From assembly GCA_002422025.1 (NCBI GenBank), contig DISV01000005.1, forward strand, positions 51,617 through 115,616: a stretch of 64,000 nucleotides of DNA, read 5' to 3'. Position 1 is the stretch's first letter, and each line of letters begins with the position of its first letter. Both the position numbers and the translations under genes were made by a program. This document shows positions 1 to 10,509 of this stretch, in pieces. The DNA is from Patescibacteria group bacterium UBA6201. Lineage in GTDB: Bacteria; Patescibacteriota; Minisyncoccia; Phycocordibacterales; UBA918. The notes beneath the pieces were generated by a model. The model was not told the DNA's origin, did no database searches, and worked only from the letters and a program-made list of their open reading frames with translations.

Positions 1-1
1 G

Positions 2-571
2 ATAAATTAATCTCACCTTAGCACCATATAAAAGCTTCATTAACATTGCTTTCCAGAACGGCGCACTCTTATTGGCTGCAATCAAAACGAGCAATTTTTT
101 TTCAGTAAAAGGAAGACTTGGAGTAGTCGTTGTTTCAAAATAAATTGGGAAATGCATTGGAATGAAGATAGTATTGTTATGAGCTCGTCTTTTCATCCCG
201 GCGAAGGCCATGGTGTAAGTAAAAGGTTGCGATAGTTGGTGGAAATTTATGTAAAAGCGCGTAGCAATCATGGGTGACTCCTGGCAAAAAAGTAAGAATG
301 GTTTGCCGCCAGCTTTAATTATTTGATTAGTACGCTCATTTGTCAGATGTGATATAAGTAGGACACACTTTTCTTTAAAAGAACTGGGGTCTTTTAAAAA
401 TACATCAGGAGTAATGCATTTAACACCATTAGCCTCGCATTGTTTTACTAGTTCATAGAGAGGCAGCAATGTATGACTAATATAATTAAGTAAATTACGA
501 TCTGAGAGTTTGCTGTCAACAACTTGATTGCCAATGTCAATGACTAAGACTTTATTTGATTTTCTTTGCAT
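2..571 (-). CDS. Partial glycosyltransferase, possibly GT10/fucosyltransferase-like (runs off window start)
   Basis: Not in ORF track. Manual translation from ATG at 571 (MQRKSNKVLVIDIGNQ...FCQESPMIA...KKLLVLIAANK...) is open to the window edge; lies directly after the GT gene in a glycan locus. Confidence 0.55.
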   Translation of the reverse strand, partial: MQRKSNKVLVIDIGNQVVDSKLSDRNLLNYISHTLLPLYELVKQCEANGVKCITPDVFLKDPSSFKEKCVLLISHLTNERTNQIIKAGGKPFLLFCQESPMIATRFYINFHQLSQPFTYTMAFAGMKRRAHNNTIFIPMHFPIYFETTTTPSLPFTEKKLLVLIAANKSAPFWKAMLMKLLYGAKVRLIY

Positions 572-577
572 GTTTTG

Positions 578-1867
578 TTAATGGTGCCGTCGTCTTTTTG
601 GCAAAAAGGACAGACTAATAATTATTGTATTTTTATATATTAAATATAATTTGGTCGCAAATCTCATCAAAATAGGAAAACTATATAAAAAACGATAAAG
701 TGTTTTGCGGAAAGAGAATTTATCATAAATAGACGTACTGATAACACTAAATGTGGCATTTTGATACTCAAGATATTTTTGTGAAAACAGATTTTCAAAG
801 TATTTTTTCATACTTCGAATACTAAATTCCTCAATTGCTCTTTTGTAAGATAGTGAACCAATTAAATTTCTTTTTTGATTGTTTTCAACTAGGTCGAGTA
901 AAATTTCATTATAGTCTTGTTGAGTTTTTGCAACCTCAACAGTTTTGCCGATTACATCAATGTGACCATTATTTTTTCCATAAATTGAAACTATTGGTAG
1001 CCTGTGAATCATTGCCTCTTGGACAGCTATGCCAAGAGATTCTCCGGCACCTGCACTATGGGAAAAAATGTCCAAAGTATTTAAAAATTTCGAAACTTCA
1101 AAACTATCAAAAACAACTGGCAAGAAATGCACATTAATTCCAAGCCTAGAAGCAAGGTTTTTATATTTATCTGAACCACCTAATACTAAAAAATAAATCT
1201 TTTTATCAGTTATATTTAGTATGTACTTCCATGCATTCATGGCGTGTTCTGAAAAGATGTTGTCATCGTTACGCTGATGAAAGCCAATAACGATGTGCTC
1301 GTTACTTATATTTAAAAGTTTTCTTAAATTCTCGTTAGTTTTTGGTTCCTCCAATCCGTAAAAGCAATAATCACTTTTATTGCTGTTACCTCCGTTTTTT
1401 ATATAGGTCCTTTGTACCCATGGTGAAACAGCAACAGAATATATTAAATTATTACTTACGGTATCTACTGAACCAAATACGTTCCATTCGATAAGAGGTT
1501 TATTGATATGGATAGTTGGAAACTCAGGCCGACCTGACCTAACAGAGAAAATTAAATCTGTTGGGTATTTTTCAAATATTTCAAAAAAATTCGTATTCTT
1601 CCATGCATGATAGCTCTCAGAAATATCTCTGTAACCAACATGAAATTCAACTGGCACCACACCATTTTCCTTCAGCTCTTCCAAGAAACTCAAATCTTGT
1701 GCTGGGAAAGAAGAATCAGAGTATTTATCAAGAATATGGTTACACCAAAAATACCTTACATTAAAAATATCTTTATTTAATACTTTAGACAAAACCATAG
1801 ATTGTCTGTGAGCACCTCCATATGAGAGGCCACCGTAGTTAATAAAAGAAATATTAATTTTATTCAT
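578..1867 (-). CDS. Glycosyltransferase, GT-B fold (GT4-like)
   Basis: N-terminal GGAHRQ; C-terminal GESLGIAVQEAM (Ex7E motif). Confidence 0.8.
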   Translation of the reverse strand: MNKINISFINYGGLSYGGAHRQSMVLSKVLNKDIFNVRYFWCNHILDKYSDSSFPAQDLSFLEELKENGVVPVEFHVGYRDISESYHAWKNTNFFEIFEKYPTDLIFSVRSGRPEFPTIHINKPLIEWNVFGSVDTVSNNLIYSVAVSPWVQRTYIKNGGNSNKSDYCFYGLEEPKTNENLRKLLNISNEHIVIGFHQRNDDNIFSEHAMNAWKYILNITDKKIYFLVLGGSDKYKNLASRLGINVHFLPVVFDSFEVSKFLNTLDIFSHSAGAGESLGIAVQEAMIHRLPIVSIYGKNNGHIDVIGKTVEVAKTQQDYNEILLDLVENNQKRNLIGSLSYKRAIEEFSIRSMKKYFENLFSQKYLEYQNATFSVISTSIYDKFSFRKTLYRFLYSFPILMRFATKLYLIYKNTIIISLSFLPKRRRHH

Positions 1868-1870
1868 GAT

Positions 1871-2587
1871 CTAAAGAGTGTCTGCAAAAAAACTATTGAG
1901 GCCATTAAACCCAACTTTTTTGTAATTCTTTGCCTTAAAAAATATATCGTGTTCATTACCTGCATTATCTTCTATACAAATAAGTTTTGGCCGAAAAGTA
2001 TTCCAATCATTACTTGTAAGAACTTCTTGGTCATAGCCTTCCGTATCAATTGTCATGAAGTCAATTTGTTTGACCTCAAATTTCTTTAAAACAGAAGAAA
2101 GTTTAAGTACTTCGATTTTTTTCTCTTCAATAATCTCATGTCCTTCTCGAGATAATTTTTCCGCAGTTTCTTTTGAAAAAGTTGACAGTGTATTTACTTT
2201 GCAAATATAAAAAACAATCTTACCTTCGGTGTTGCTTATGCCAATATTTAAATTAATATCTCTTAATCGACTTTTTTCTAACAAATTAAAGTTATTAATA
2301 TCTGGTTCTATATTGATACCATCCCATCCTTTTTCATAGAACCGCTTTGTATTATTGAGATAATTTGGTTGATTAGCACCGATATCGACATAAAAACCTT
2401 TTTTAGGATAATCTAAAAATCTGTCAATAAATAAATCTTCAGCATATTGGCTATATGACATTTTAGGATGATCCTTGTTCAGAAAAAACTCCTTGTATAC
2501 AAAATAACTTTTTCTTAAATAAATTTTAGTTAAAAAAAGAGTTTTTTTGATACCCCATTTTTTTACTTTTAAAAAAAAATTAATCAT
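1871..2587 (-). CDS. FkbM family methyltransferase
   Basis: YSQYAED, YVDIGAN, GINIEP, IDFMTIDTEGYD motifs. Confidence 0.88.
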   Translation of the reverse strand: MINFFLKVKKWGIKKTLFLTKIYLRKSYFVYKEFFLNKDHPKMSYSQYAEDLFIDRFLDYPKKGFYVDIGANQPNYLNNTKRFYEKGWDGINIEPDINNFNLLEKSRLRDINLNIGISNTEGKIVFYICKVNTLSTFSKETAEKLSREGHEIIEEKKIEVLKLSSVLKKFEVKQIDFMTIDTEGYDQEVLTSNDWNTFRPKLICIEDNAGNEHDIFFKAKNYKKVGFNGLNSFFADTL

Positions 2588-2738
2588 AAAGTATGGTTTA
2601 TGTTACCAATATATCTGCAAATACTATTAGAACACATTCAGATTTGAATTCATTAACTTGCTTCAGATAAAAGGGAGATACATATAATTTTACATTTAAC
2701 GTAAATGAGTAGGTCATCGGCCTACTCATTTGATTGAA

Positions 2739-3935
2739 TTATGTTGATGTGATGAATTCGTTAACCGTCTCTTTTACATACTCACGTTGTTCGCTGGTCA
2801 GTCCTTGGTGACAAGCGAAGACCATTCCACCACGCATAACTTGATCAGTATTTGGGTATGTAGTGGAAGCTAGGCGGTGAGGGATATTCTTGAAAGCTGG
2901 TTGCTTCAGTACATTTCCAGTGAAGATTGGGCGGGTTTGGATACCTTTATTCTCAAGGAAGGTCGCAAACTGCTTGCGATTGAAAGGTGCGTCGTCACGG
3001 ATAATAACAGGGAAGGCTAGCCAATTGGTCTCAGTGTTTTCAGTTTGTCGTGGCAGTATAAAATACTTTTCGTAGCGCTTGAAGAATTCCATAAGTTCAG
3101 CGTAATTTTCTTTTCGAGCTTTACCAAATTCTGGTAACTTCTCTAACTGAACGAGTGCAAAGGCAGCTTGAAGCTCTAATGGCAGGAAATTATAACCAAT
3201 CTCGCTGAAAATGAACTTATTATCGTATTCGATTCCGTCCAATTCTACATTAAAGCGGTTTTCAAGAAGCTCTGAGGCAGCATTTTCTCCAAATAATGAA
3301 GAACGACGTCCCCAACCGCGTAAGACCACTAAACGTTCTGCTAATGCAGCATCATGTACCATAATCATCCCGCCGCCGCCAGCACCGTTAATGATGTGTG
3401 AACCATAAAAGCTGGTGGTAGTGATGTGCGAGTAGCTACCAGTAGGTTTACCTTTATAAAGGCCACCCAAGGTGTCGCAGGAATCCTCAACTAACCATAA
3501 CTTGTGTTTATCGGCAATTTCTCTAAGAACCTCTAAGTTAGGAATGTTTCCAAGAAGAGACGGAATCATTAAAACTTTAGTCTTTGGTCCAATAGCCTTC
3601 TCGACAGCTTCAGGATTGACGATGTAAGTATCTGGGTCGATGTCGACGAAGATTGGTATTAGACCCTTCTGGATTATTGGAGCCACCACGGTACCAAAAG
3701 TCAAAAGAGGAGTAATAACCTCATCTCCTGTTTTTAAATCCATTATCTCAAAAGCCAGCAGGTTGGCAGAGGAGCCTGAATTAACCATTATGCCGTATTG
3801 CTTACCGAATAGTGCAGATACCTTTTTTTCAAAAAGGTCAGCTTTGGGTCCAAGGGCAGTATTACCTTTTAATACTTCAACCACTGCGTTTATTTCTTCT
3901 TCACCATGTACTGATTGAGCGTATGATACTTTCAT
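2739..3935 (-). CDS. DegT/DnrJ-family PLP/PMP enzyme, NDP-4-keto-6-deoxyhexose 3-dehydratase-like (RfbH/ColD type)
   Basis: NSGSSANLLA, EDSCDTLG; SFYGSH has His at the usual PLP-lysine position. Confidence 0.8.
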   Translation of the reverse strand: MKVSYAQSVHGEEEINAVVEVLKGNTALGPKADLFEKKVSALFGKQYGIMVNSGSSANLLAFEIMDLKTGDEVITPLLTFGTVVAPIIQKGLIPIFVDIDPDTYIVNPEAVEKAIGPKTKVLMIPSLLGNIPNLEVLREIADKHKLWLVEDSCDTLGGLYKGKPTGSYSHITTTSFYGSHIINGAGGGGMIMVHDAALAERLVVLRGWGRRSSLFGENAASELLENRFNVELDGIEYDNKFIFSEIGYNFLPLELQAAFALVQLEKLPEFGKARKENYAELMEFFKRYEKYFILPRQTENTETNWLAFPVIIRDDAPFNRKQFATFLENKGIQTRPIFTGNVLKQPAFKNIPHRLASTTYPNTDQVMRGGMVFACHQGLTSEQREYVKETVNEFITST

Positions 3936-4081
3936 ATGCGTAATAGAGTATAGTATTTAAATCAGCCCAGCAAGCTGAGATGATGTTATAAAGGGGAAAG
4001 AACCTTCCTTCTTAAACAACATATTAATTACCAAACAACAAGATGTGATGTTCGTTGGCGCTCTGTTATCAATACTATTGA

Positions 4082-5188
4082 ATGAATAAATTTTCTATGG
4101 ATACGACTAAATTGGCAAATTTTTATCACGGTAAGACGGTGTTAATAACTGGTCATACTGGTTTTAAAGGTTCTTGGCTATCTCTTGTATTGATTGGTAT
4201 GGGCGCTAAAGTTGTAGGTATCTCTCTTCCTCCAAAGACTTCGAAAGATATCTTTGTAGTAACTGGTCTTGAGTCGCAAGTCTCACATCACGAGTTCGAT
4301 ATACGAGATTTTGAGCAATTGTCTACCTTATTCTCCGCAGAGAAGCCAGACGTCGTCTTTCATCTCGCTGCTCAACCTTTAGTTCGTCAAAGCTATCTAG
4401 AACCTTTGGAGACATTCACCACTAATGTGACCGGAACCGCGAATGTTATGGAAGCCCTTCGTCTTTCACACAGTATTGGGTCAGCTGTAATTATTACGAC
4501 TGACAAGGTCTATGAGAACCGTGAATGGATTTATGGTTATAGAGAAAATGATTCATTAGGTGGACATGATCCGTATAGTGGTAGTAAGGCAGCGGCAGAT
4601 ATTGTTGCAGATTCATATAGAAAATCTTTTTTCTCTCCTGAGAAATATAATGAAACACATAACACACTAGTGGCCACAGCGCGCGCCGGCAACGTCATTG
4701 GTGGGGGAGACTGGTCACAAAACCGCTTAGTACCAGATATTATGCGGGCAGTATTTGAGGGTGATGGAATTGTAACTCTTCGTAATCCTGAGTCTACAAG
4801 ACCTTGGGAGCACGTGCTAGAATCTGTTTCGGGTTATCTCATTTTAGGTATGCGTCTTGGTGAAGGTGATAAAGGGGTGTCTGGCAATTGGAACTTTGGT
4901 CCAAGCTCAGAAGCTTTTATATCGGTAGGAGAGGTGACTAGCAAAACGTTAAATTTTCTTGATAAAGGGACTATGAAGATAGAACGTGACGATACCAAAC
5001 ATGAAGCTAATGAATTAGTCCTTGATGTTACTAAAGCTAACCGTTTGCTCGGTTGGTATTCTAAGTGGAGTATTGATGAAACTCTATTAAAGACAGCTGA
5101 GTGGTATCGGATTACTAATGACGATCCATCATCAGCACTTGCAGTGACTAATCGTCAAATAGAAGAATATTTTTATTTCCAAAAATAA
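4082..5188 (+). CDS. rfbG: CDP-glucose 4,6-dehydratase
   Basis: TGHTGFKGSWL, HLAAQPLVR, TTDKVYEN, DPYSGSK, ARAGNVIGGGDW. Confidence 0.95.
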   Translation: MNKFSMDTTKLANFYHGKTVLITGHTGFKGSWLSLVLIGMGAKVVGISLPPKTSKDIFVVTGLESQVSHHEFDIRDFEQLSTLFSAEKPDVVFHLAAQPLVRQSYLEPLETFTTNVTGTANVMEALRLSHSIGSAVIITTDKVYENREWIYGYRENDSLGGHDPYSGSKAAADIVADSYRKSFFSPEKYNETHNTLVATARAGNVIGGGDWSQNRLVPDIMRAVFEGDGIVTLRNPESTRPWEHVLESVSGYLILGMRLGEGDKGVSGNWNFGPSSEAFISVGEVTSKTLNFLDKGTMKIERDDTKHEANELVLDVTKANRLLGWYSKWSIDETLLKTAEWYRITNDDPSSALAVTNRQIEEYFYFQK

Positions 5189-5192
5189 ACCT

Positions 5193-5966
5193 ATGAAAAT
5201 AGTCATTTTAGCTGGAGGACTTGGTACGCGCATTATGGAGGAAACTAATGTTAGACCTAAACCAATGGTCGAAATTGGTGGAATGCCAATCCTTTGGCAC
5301 ATAATGAAAATTTATTCTCATTATGGATTTAACGACTTTGTAATCTGTCTTGGCTACAAAGGTGAATATATCAAAGAGTGGTTCTCACTCTATAACCTTC
5401 GTCAGAATGATGTAACCTTTGATTTTAGTGCTGGTAGTATGAAGATTCATGATGGTATCAAGGAACCATGGAAGGTGACTTTGGTGAATACTGGTGCCGA
5501 TACGATGACTGGGGGCAGGTTACTCCGACTTAAGGAACTAATTGGAAGTGAGAGATTCATGATGACTTATGGTGATGGGGTAGGTAATGTGGATATTCAA
5601 AAATTACTAGAGCATCATGAAAAGGGCGGAAAGTTGAGTACTGTAACAACTTTTATTCCAGGCGGACGTTTCGGTGTGGTAGAAATAGACGACAGTAATC
5701 AAGTGACGGCTTTTAGTGAAAAGACTGATAATCAAAAGAGAATCAATGCTGGTTTTTTTATTCTTGAACCTAGGGTATTTGATTATTTAAAAGATGGTGA
5801 TGCAACTATTTTTGAGCAAGAACCCCTAAAGACCTTGGCAAATGAAGGGCAGCTAATATCCTATCCACACGAGGGATTTTGGCACCCAATGGATACACTG
5901 AGCGATAAGCATAAACTTGAGGAAATGTGGAGATTAAACCAGGCACCTTGGAAGGTATGGGAATAG
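5193..5966 (+). CDS. rfbF: Glucose-1-phosphate cytidylyltransferase
   Basis: ILAGGLGTRIMEET, PKPMVEIGG, TMTGGRL, MTYGDGV, C-terminal APWKVW. Confidence 0.95.
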   Translation: MKIVILAGGLGTRIMEETNVRPKPMVEIGGMPILWHIMKIYSHYGFNDFVICLGYKGEYIKEWFSLYNLRQNDVTFDFSAGSMKIHDGIKEPWKVTLVNTGADTMTGGRLLRLKELIGSERFMMTYGDGVGNVDIQKLLEHHEKGGKLSTVTTFIPGGRFGVVEIDDSNQVTAFSEKTDNQKRINAGFFILEPRVFDYLKDGDATIFEQEPLKTLANEGQLISYPHEGFWHPMDTLSDKHKLEEMWRLNQAPWKVWE

Positions 5967-6020
5967 AAGCTTCATCTACACTTTATCTTTACTTGTTATG
6001 GTTGTATTATTTAATTTATA

Positions 6021-6782
6021 ATGGATTATAAAACGTTAGCAAAAGAAGCTCGGATTGCAGTTTTAGGCATGGTGCATAAAGCACAGCTATCGCACATAGC
6101 CTCTAATTTTAGTGTGATAGATATTGCAACGGTTCTCTATGAGAATGTAAATCTTGCAAAAGATAGGGTTGTTTGGTCTGCAGGCTGGAAAGCGGCTACT
6201 GTTTATTACTTTTTAAACAAGAAATCCATCCTATCCGATGAACAACTAGCACAGTTTCCCAACGCTCCATTTTATGGGTTAGCTGAAACGGAAGTTCCCG
6301 GCGTGGAGGTTAATGGCGGATCAATGGGTCACGGACTTTCAGTATCGGTAGGTATGGCTCTTGCTAAGAAACGTTCAAAAGAGGAGGGTATTGTCTACTG
6401 TATTCTCTCGGAAGGTGAACAGAATGAAGGGTCGGTATGGGAGGCTGTAATGATGGCGTACCACCATACTCTAGATAATCTAGTTGCAATTATTGACGTC
6501 AATAAGATTCAAGCTACTGGCTTCACAAAAGACATTCTTAATCTTGAGCCTTTGGAGGATAGGTGGCGCGGTTTTGGATGGGACGTTGTACGTATAGACG
6601 GACATTCTTATGTCGAAATTGAGTCAAGTTTGAAAAAAAGCTCGGGTAAACCGAAAGTTATAATTGCCGACACTATAAAAGGTAAAGGGGTAAGCTTTAT
6701 GGAAGGATTGCTTCTGTATCACTATAAGAGTCTCGATAATGAAACCTATAATAAGGCACTAAGTGAATTACAAAATGACTGA
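6021..6782 (+). CDS. Transketolase N-terminal (ThDP-binding) subunit
   Basis: GSMGHGL, SEGEQNEGSVWEA...N ThDP motif, TIKGKGVSFME. Confidence 0.88.
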   Translation: MDYKTLAKEARIAVLGMVHKAQLSHIASNFSVIDIATVLYENVNLAKDRVVWSAGWKAATVYYFLNKKSILSDEQLAQFPNAPFYGLAETEVPGVEVNGGSMGHGLSVSVGMALAKKRSKEEGIVYCILSEGEQNEGSVWEAVMMAYHHTLDNLVAIIDVNKIQATGFTKDILNLEPLEDRWRGFGWDVVRIDGHSYVEIESSLKKSSGKPKVIIADTIKGKGVSFMEGLLLYHYKSLDNETYNKALSELQND

Positions 6783-7275
6783 AAAACAACCACCACAATT
6801 AAGAAAGGTATTTATAGACACCTTGACGGAGCTTGCTACAAAGGATCCAAAAGTAATTTTGATTATTGCAGATGTAGGATATTCGTATTTTGAATCTTTT
6901 GCTGAGAGATTTCCTAATCAATTTTTAAACGCAGGGGTAGCTGAACAAAACATGATGGGCATGGCAGCTGGTATGGCAAGAGAGGGCTGGAAACCTTATG
7001 TTTATACAATGAGTAATTTCGTCCTGCTTAGACCGTTTGAACAGGTTCGAAATGATATATGTTACGGAAAAGCAAACGTTAAGCTTGTTGCTGTGAAGGG
7101 CAGCACTTCTTATAAATTCTATGGCATGAGCCATAATTTAGTAGAGGGAGAAGAGAAAAATCTACTAAAATTCTTACCGAATTTAAATCATTTTTTCCCC
7201 TTGTCTGATGGGGAACTCAGAAAGCAAATTAATGAAGAGTATTCTCGATTTGGGCCAGCCTATTTTTCTCTGTAG
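6775..7275 (+). CDS. Transketolase pyrimidine-binding subunit (short, no C-terminal domain)
   Basis: FPNQFLNAGVAEQNMMGMAAGMA, RPFEQVRNDI; ATG at 6775 overlaps upstream stop. Confidence 0.85.
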   Translation: MTEKQPPQLRKVFIDTLTELATKDPKVILIIADVGYSYFESFAERFPNQFLNAGVAEQNMMGMAAGMAREGWKPYVYTMSNFVLLRPFEQVRNDICYGKANVKLVAVKGSTSYKFYGMSHNLVEGEEKNLLKFLPNLNHFFPLSDGELRKQINEEYSRFGPAYFSL

Positions 7276-7287
7276 CCTCTAGTCTAA

Positions 7288-8223
7288 ATGAACAAGCTTA
7301 AAAAAAACAGCGTAGCTATCTTGGGGGTGACTGGATATATTGGACGCGCTCTTTTGAATGAAATCCATAATAATCCTGAATGGGAGGTTGTTGGATATTC
7401 GCGAGATGTTGATGCTGCTATAAATACTTTAGCAAGTTACAACGTGTCCCATGGTGACATCAAAAATTATGAAGAGTTACTAGATAACAAGTACGATGTG
7501 CTTGTTAACGTCACTGGAATCGGTAGCCCGAAAAAATTACATGAAGACCTCGGAGCGGTATTTGCGGTGACGGAAGAGATGGATAGGGTTGTTTTTCAAT
7601 ATTTAGATAAATATCCAGATACTAGAACTTTTAACATCTCATCAGGAGCGGTATATGGTATATCTTCTGGTGATTACGTTGGGCCGAATTCCATAGCCAC
7701 TTTCGCTGTTAATTCGCTCAATTTAAGAGACAGTTATGCTTTAGCAAAGCTTCATAGTGAAGGTAAACATCGTGCAAGAAGTCAATCTTCCATAGTAGAT
7801 TTACGTGTATTTGCTTTTGTGAGTCGATATTTAGATGCCTCTGATTTATTTTTAATTTCTGAGATTGCACATTCTTTGAAGAAGAAAACCTCACTAAAGA
7901 CAAATTCAGTCGATTTGGTGCGTGACTTCACTACGGCGGGCGATCTTGTAGCTGTATTAAAATTTCTGGTGGGCAGAGAACCTGTAAACGATGTTTTTGA
8001 TATGAGGAGTAAAGAACCTCTATCCAAGTTAGAACTTTTACACAAATTAAAAGAGGAGTTGGGATTGACTTTTGAAGTAGAGGAGATGAATGATTCTAGT
8101 CCGACGGGCGTTAAAAATGTGTATGCGCCAACAGAGAGTCGGCTGGAATCACTAGGATACTCACCTCAATACAGCTCGACTGAAAGCGTTATGTCTGAGC
8201 TCAAGGCGTTTCTGACTCTTTGA
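7288..8223 (+). CDS. NAD-dependent epimerase/dehydratase/reductase (extended SDR)
   Basis: GVTGYIG, SSGAVYG, YALAK (YxxxK), RDF. Confidence 0.85.
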   Translation: MNKLKKNSVAILGVTGYIGRALLNEIHNNPEWEVVGYSRDVDAAINTLASYNVSHGDIKNYEELLDNKYDVLVNVTGIGSPKKLHEDLGAVFAVTEEMDRVVFQYLDKYPDTRTFNISSGAVYGISSGDYVGPNSIATFAVNSLNLRDSYALAKLHSEGKHRARSQSSIVDLRVFAFVSRYLDASDLFLISEIAHSLKKKTSLKTNSVDLVRDFTTAGDLVAVLKFLVGREPVNDVFDMRSKEPLSKLELLHKLKEELGLTFEVEEMNDSSPTGVKNVYAPTESRLESLGYSPQYSSTESVMSELKAFLTL

Positions 8224-9541
8224 TTTTCTTTAGACGTACAATAAGTATGAATGGCAGAGCCAATAAAGTGTAAGAAATAAATGTGGACCATGCAGCACCT
8301 ACGATTCCATATTTTGGTATTAAGTATAGGTTTAGAAGTATATTTAATACGGCGGTAAGAAACGAGGTTACAAAAATCAATACCTTTCGATTCTCCGCAA
8401 TAAGGAAGAAGCGAGTCACTATATCTAGAGAGGCCCAAATTCCTGTCCATACATATATGACGAAGACTGTAGCGCTTGCTGCAAAAGCTGGACCATAGAG
8501 TAATACCATCAATGGTCCAGCCAATAGTGAAGCTGGTAAAGCTACCAGTATTCCTGAAAGTACCATAAACCCTGATAGGATAATTAATCGTTTCTTATAC
8601 TCATGAACACCGACAGATTTTGCGTTGATTATTGCTGGAAAAAGAGACGAGGCTATTATAGCTGGAATGAAAAGCCAGACTTCTGCGATTCTTACCGCTG
8701 CGTCATATAAGCCTACTGCTGAACTGTCTACTAAAGGTTTTAACATTACTTGATCGATGCGAGCATAAATAGTGGAAAATGCGGCAATAAAAATGAAAGG
8801 CCAAGAGTCTTTAAGGAGTTGAATAGCAATAGTTTTGTTAAAACGCCAAGCAAATAGGTTTCCGTAATGTTGAGTTCGAATATGAACGAGCAAGGTAGCA
8901 TATAGTGCTGCCTCCAACAATAAGATCACTCCTATGTACACTACACCTTGACCGAAAAAGATAACTATTAACTTTAAAATGTTTAATGTCAGCGAAACTA
9001 TCAGAGTTATGATGGATGTATATTTCTGAGCCACATCAGCTTGGAATTCATAGCCAATTATGTTGAAAGCGTTAAAGATGAAAGTGCCGGCAAGTGTGAG
9101 TATGACCATACGTGACACGTCATCCTTGGATAATAAAAAAGCAAAGATTATCGTCAGGCTTGTGGCCAGTACTCCAGCAAGCAATTTAAGTACAAAAGCT
9201 GAACCCAGATATTCGTTGCGTTGTTCTGGATATTTAATTAGGTCGCGATAGAGTATGTTGTCTAATCCTAAGGAAGCTATGATAGAAAATAACCCAATAA
9301 AAGAAATAGCATAGCTTAGTTGTCCGTAGTTCTCCGGACCAAGGTAACGGACAAGATAGATGGCTACAAAGAAAGCAATAACTGTATTGATAGTACGAAC
9401 AAAAAGTGCCCACAAAGTGTTGGTTGCGTAGCGCTTAAAACCACTACTGTCCCATCGACCGATTAGTTTCATGTAGATCCAATCAGGCAGGATCTTCTTT
9501 AGTAGATTGTTTAGAAAAATAGTCACGTTATTTGAGGCCAT
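8201..9541 (-). CDS. wzx: Wzx-type oligosaccharide flippase
   Basis: Many TM segments; [39 protein letters not shown]. Confidence 0.88.
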   Translation of the reverse strand: MASNNVTIFLNNLLKKILPDWIYMKLIGRWDSSGFKRYATNTLWALFVRTINTVIAFFVAIYLVRYLGPENYGQLSYAISFIGLFSIIASLGLDNILYRDLIKYPEQRNEYLGSAFVLKLLAGVLATSLTIIFAFLLSKDDVSRMVILTLAGTFIFNAFNIIGYEFQADVAQKYTSIITLIVSLTLNILKLIVIFFGQGVVYIGVILLLEAALYATLLVHIRTQHYGNLFAWRFNKTIAIQLLKDSWPFIFIAAFSTIYARIDQVMLKPLVDSSAVGLYDAAVRIAEVWLFIPAIIASSLFPAIINAKSVGVHEYKKRLIILSGFMVLSGILVALPASLLAGPLMVLLYGPAFAASATVFVIYVWTGIWASLDIVTRFFLIAENRKVLIFVTSFLTAVLNILLNLYLIPKYGIVGAAWSTFISYTLLALPFILIVRLKKIKESETP

Positions 9542-10463
9542 CTTGGGCTAGGTACCAATTGTAGGTCTCTTTAATACCTTCATGAAGGGCTATTTTGTGT
9601 TTCCAGCCAAGAGAGTGGAGTTTAGAAACATCCAAGAGTTTACGGGGGGTTCCATCCGGCTTTTCAGAGTCCCACACAAGCTCGCCTTTATAACCCACTA
9701 TGTCCCGGACAAGTTCCGCCAACTCCTTGATGGTCACATCTTCACCGGTGCCAACATTAACTATCTCTGAATCATTGTAAGTGTTCATTAAATGAACCGC
9801 TGCGTCGGCTAGGTCATCAACGTGAAGGAACTCGCGCATAGGGCTACCGGTACCCCACATAGATACGGTTGGGGAATTGGTTTCCTTCGCTTCGTGAAAT
9901 TTACGGATGAGGGCAGGGAGGACGTGTGAACTCTCTAAGTCGAAGTTATCGTTTGGACCATAGAGGTTGGTCGGCATTAGGCTAATGAAATTAGTGCCGT
10001 ACTGTTTGTTGTACGATTGGCACATCATTATTCCGGCAATCTTGGCAATGGCGTAGGCTGCGTTTGACGGCTCAAGTGGCCCTGATAGCAAATACTCTTC
10101 TTTAATCGGTTGGGGAGCAAGCTTAGGATAGATACAAGAACTACCTAAAAAACAGAGCTTAGTAACACCACTTTGGTGTGCACCATGAATGATGTTGTTC
10201 TGAATGACGAGGTTCTGGTAGATAAAGTCAGCCGGATGCTCCTTATTGGCAAGAATGCCACCTACTTTGGCGGCAGCGTCAAAAATATATTCGGGTTTTT
10301 CTGTGGCGAAGAATTCTGTAACTGCCTTCTGGTCGAGGAGATTAAGTTCGTCCCGCGTTTTCTTTATGATATTTGTGTAGCCAGCGGATTCAAGTGATCG
10401 CACGATGGCAGAGCCGACCAGTCCGCGGTGTCCGGCCACATAGATTTTCGAAGTCTTTTCCAT
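9528..10463 (-). CDS. fcl: GDP-L-fucose synthase
   Basis: [52 protein letters not shown]. Confidence 0.95.
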   Translation of the reverse strand: MEKTSKIYVAGHRGLVGSAIVRSLESAGYTNIIKKTRDELNLLDQKAVTEFFATEKPEYIFDAAAKVGGILANKEHPADFIYQNLVIQNNIIHGAHQSGVTKLCFLGSSCIYPKLAPQPIKEEYLLSGPLEPSNAAYAIAKIAGIMMCQSYNKQYGTNFISLMPTNLYGPNDNFDLESSHVLPALIRKFHEAKETNSPTVSMWGTGSPMREFLHVDDLADAAVHLMNTYNDSEIVNVGTGEDVTIKELAELVRDIVGYKGELVWDSEKPDGTPRKLLDVSKLHSLGWKHKIALHEGIKETYNWYLAQDGLK

Positions 10464-10509
10464 AGTTGTTTAGTAAAAGAGAGTGAGTAAAAAAGTTATT
10501 GTCCTTTCT

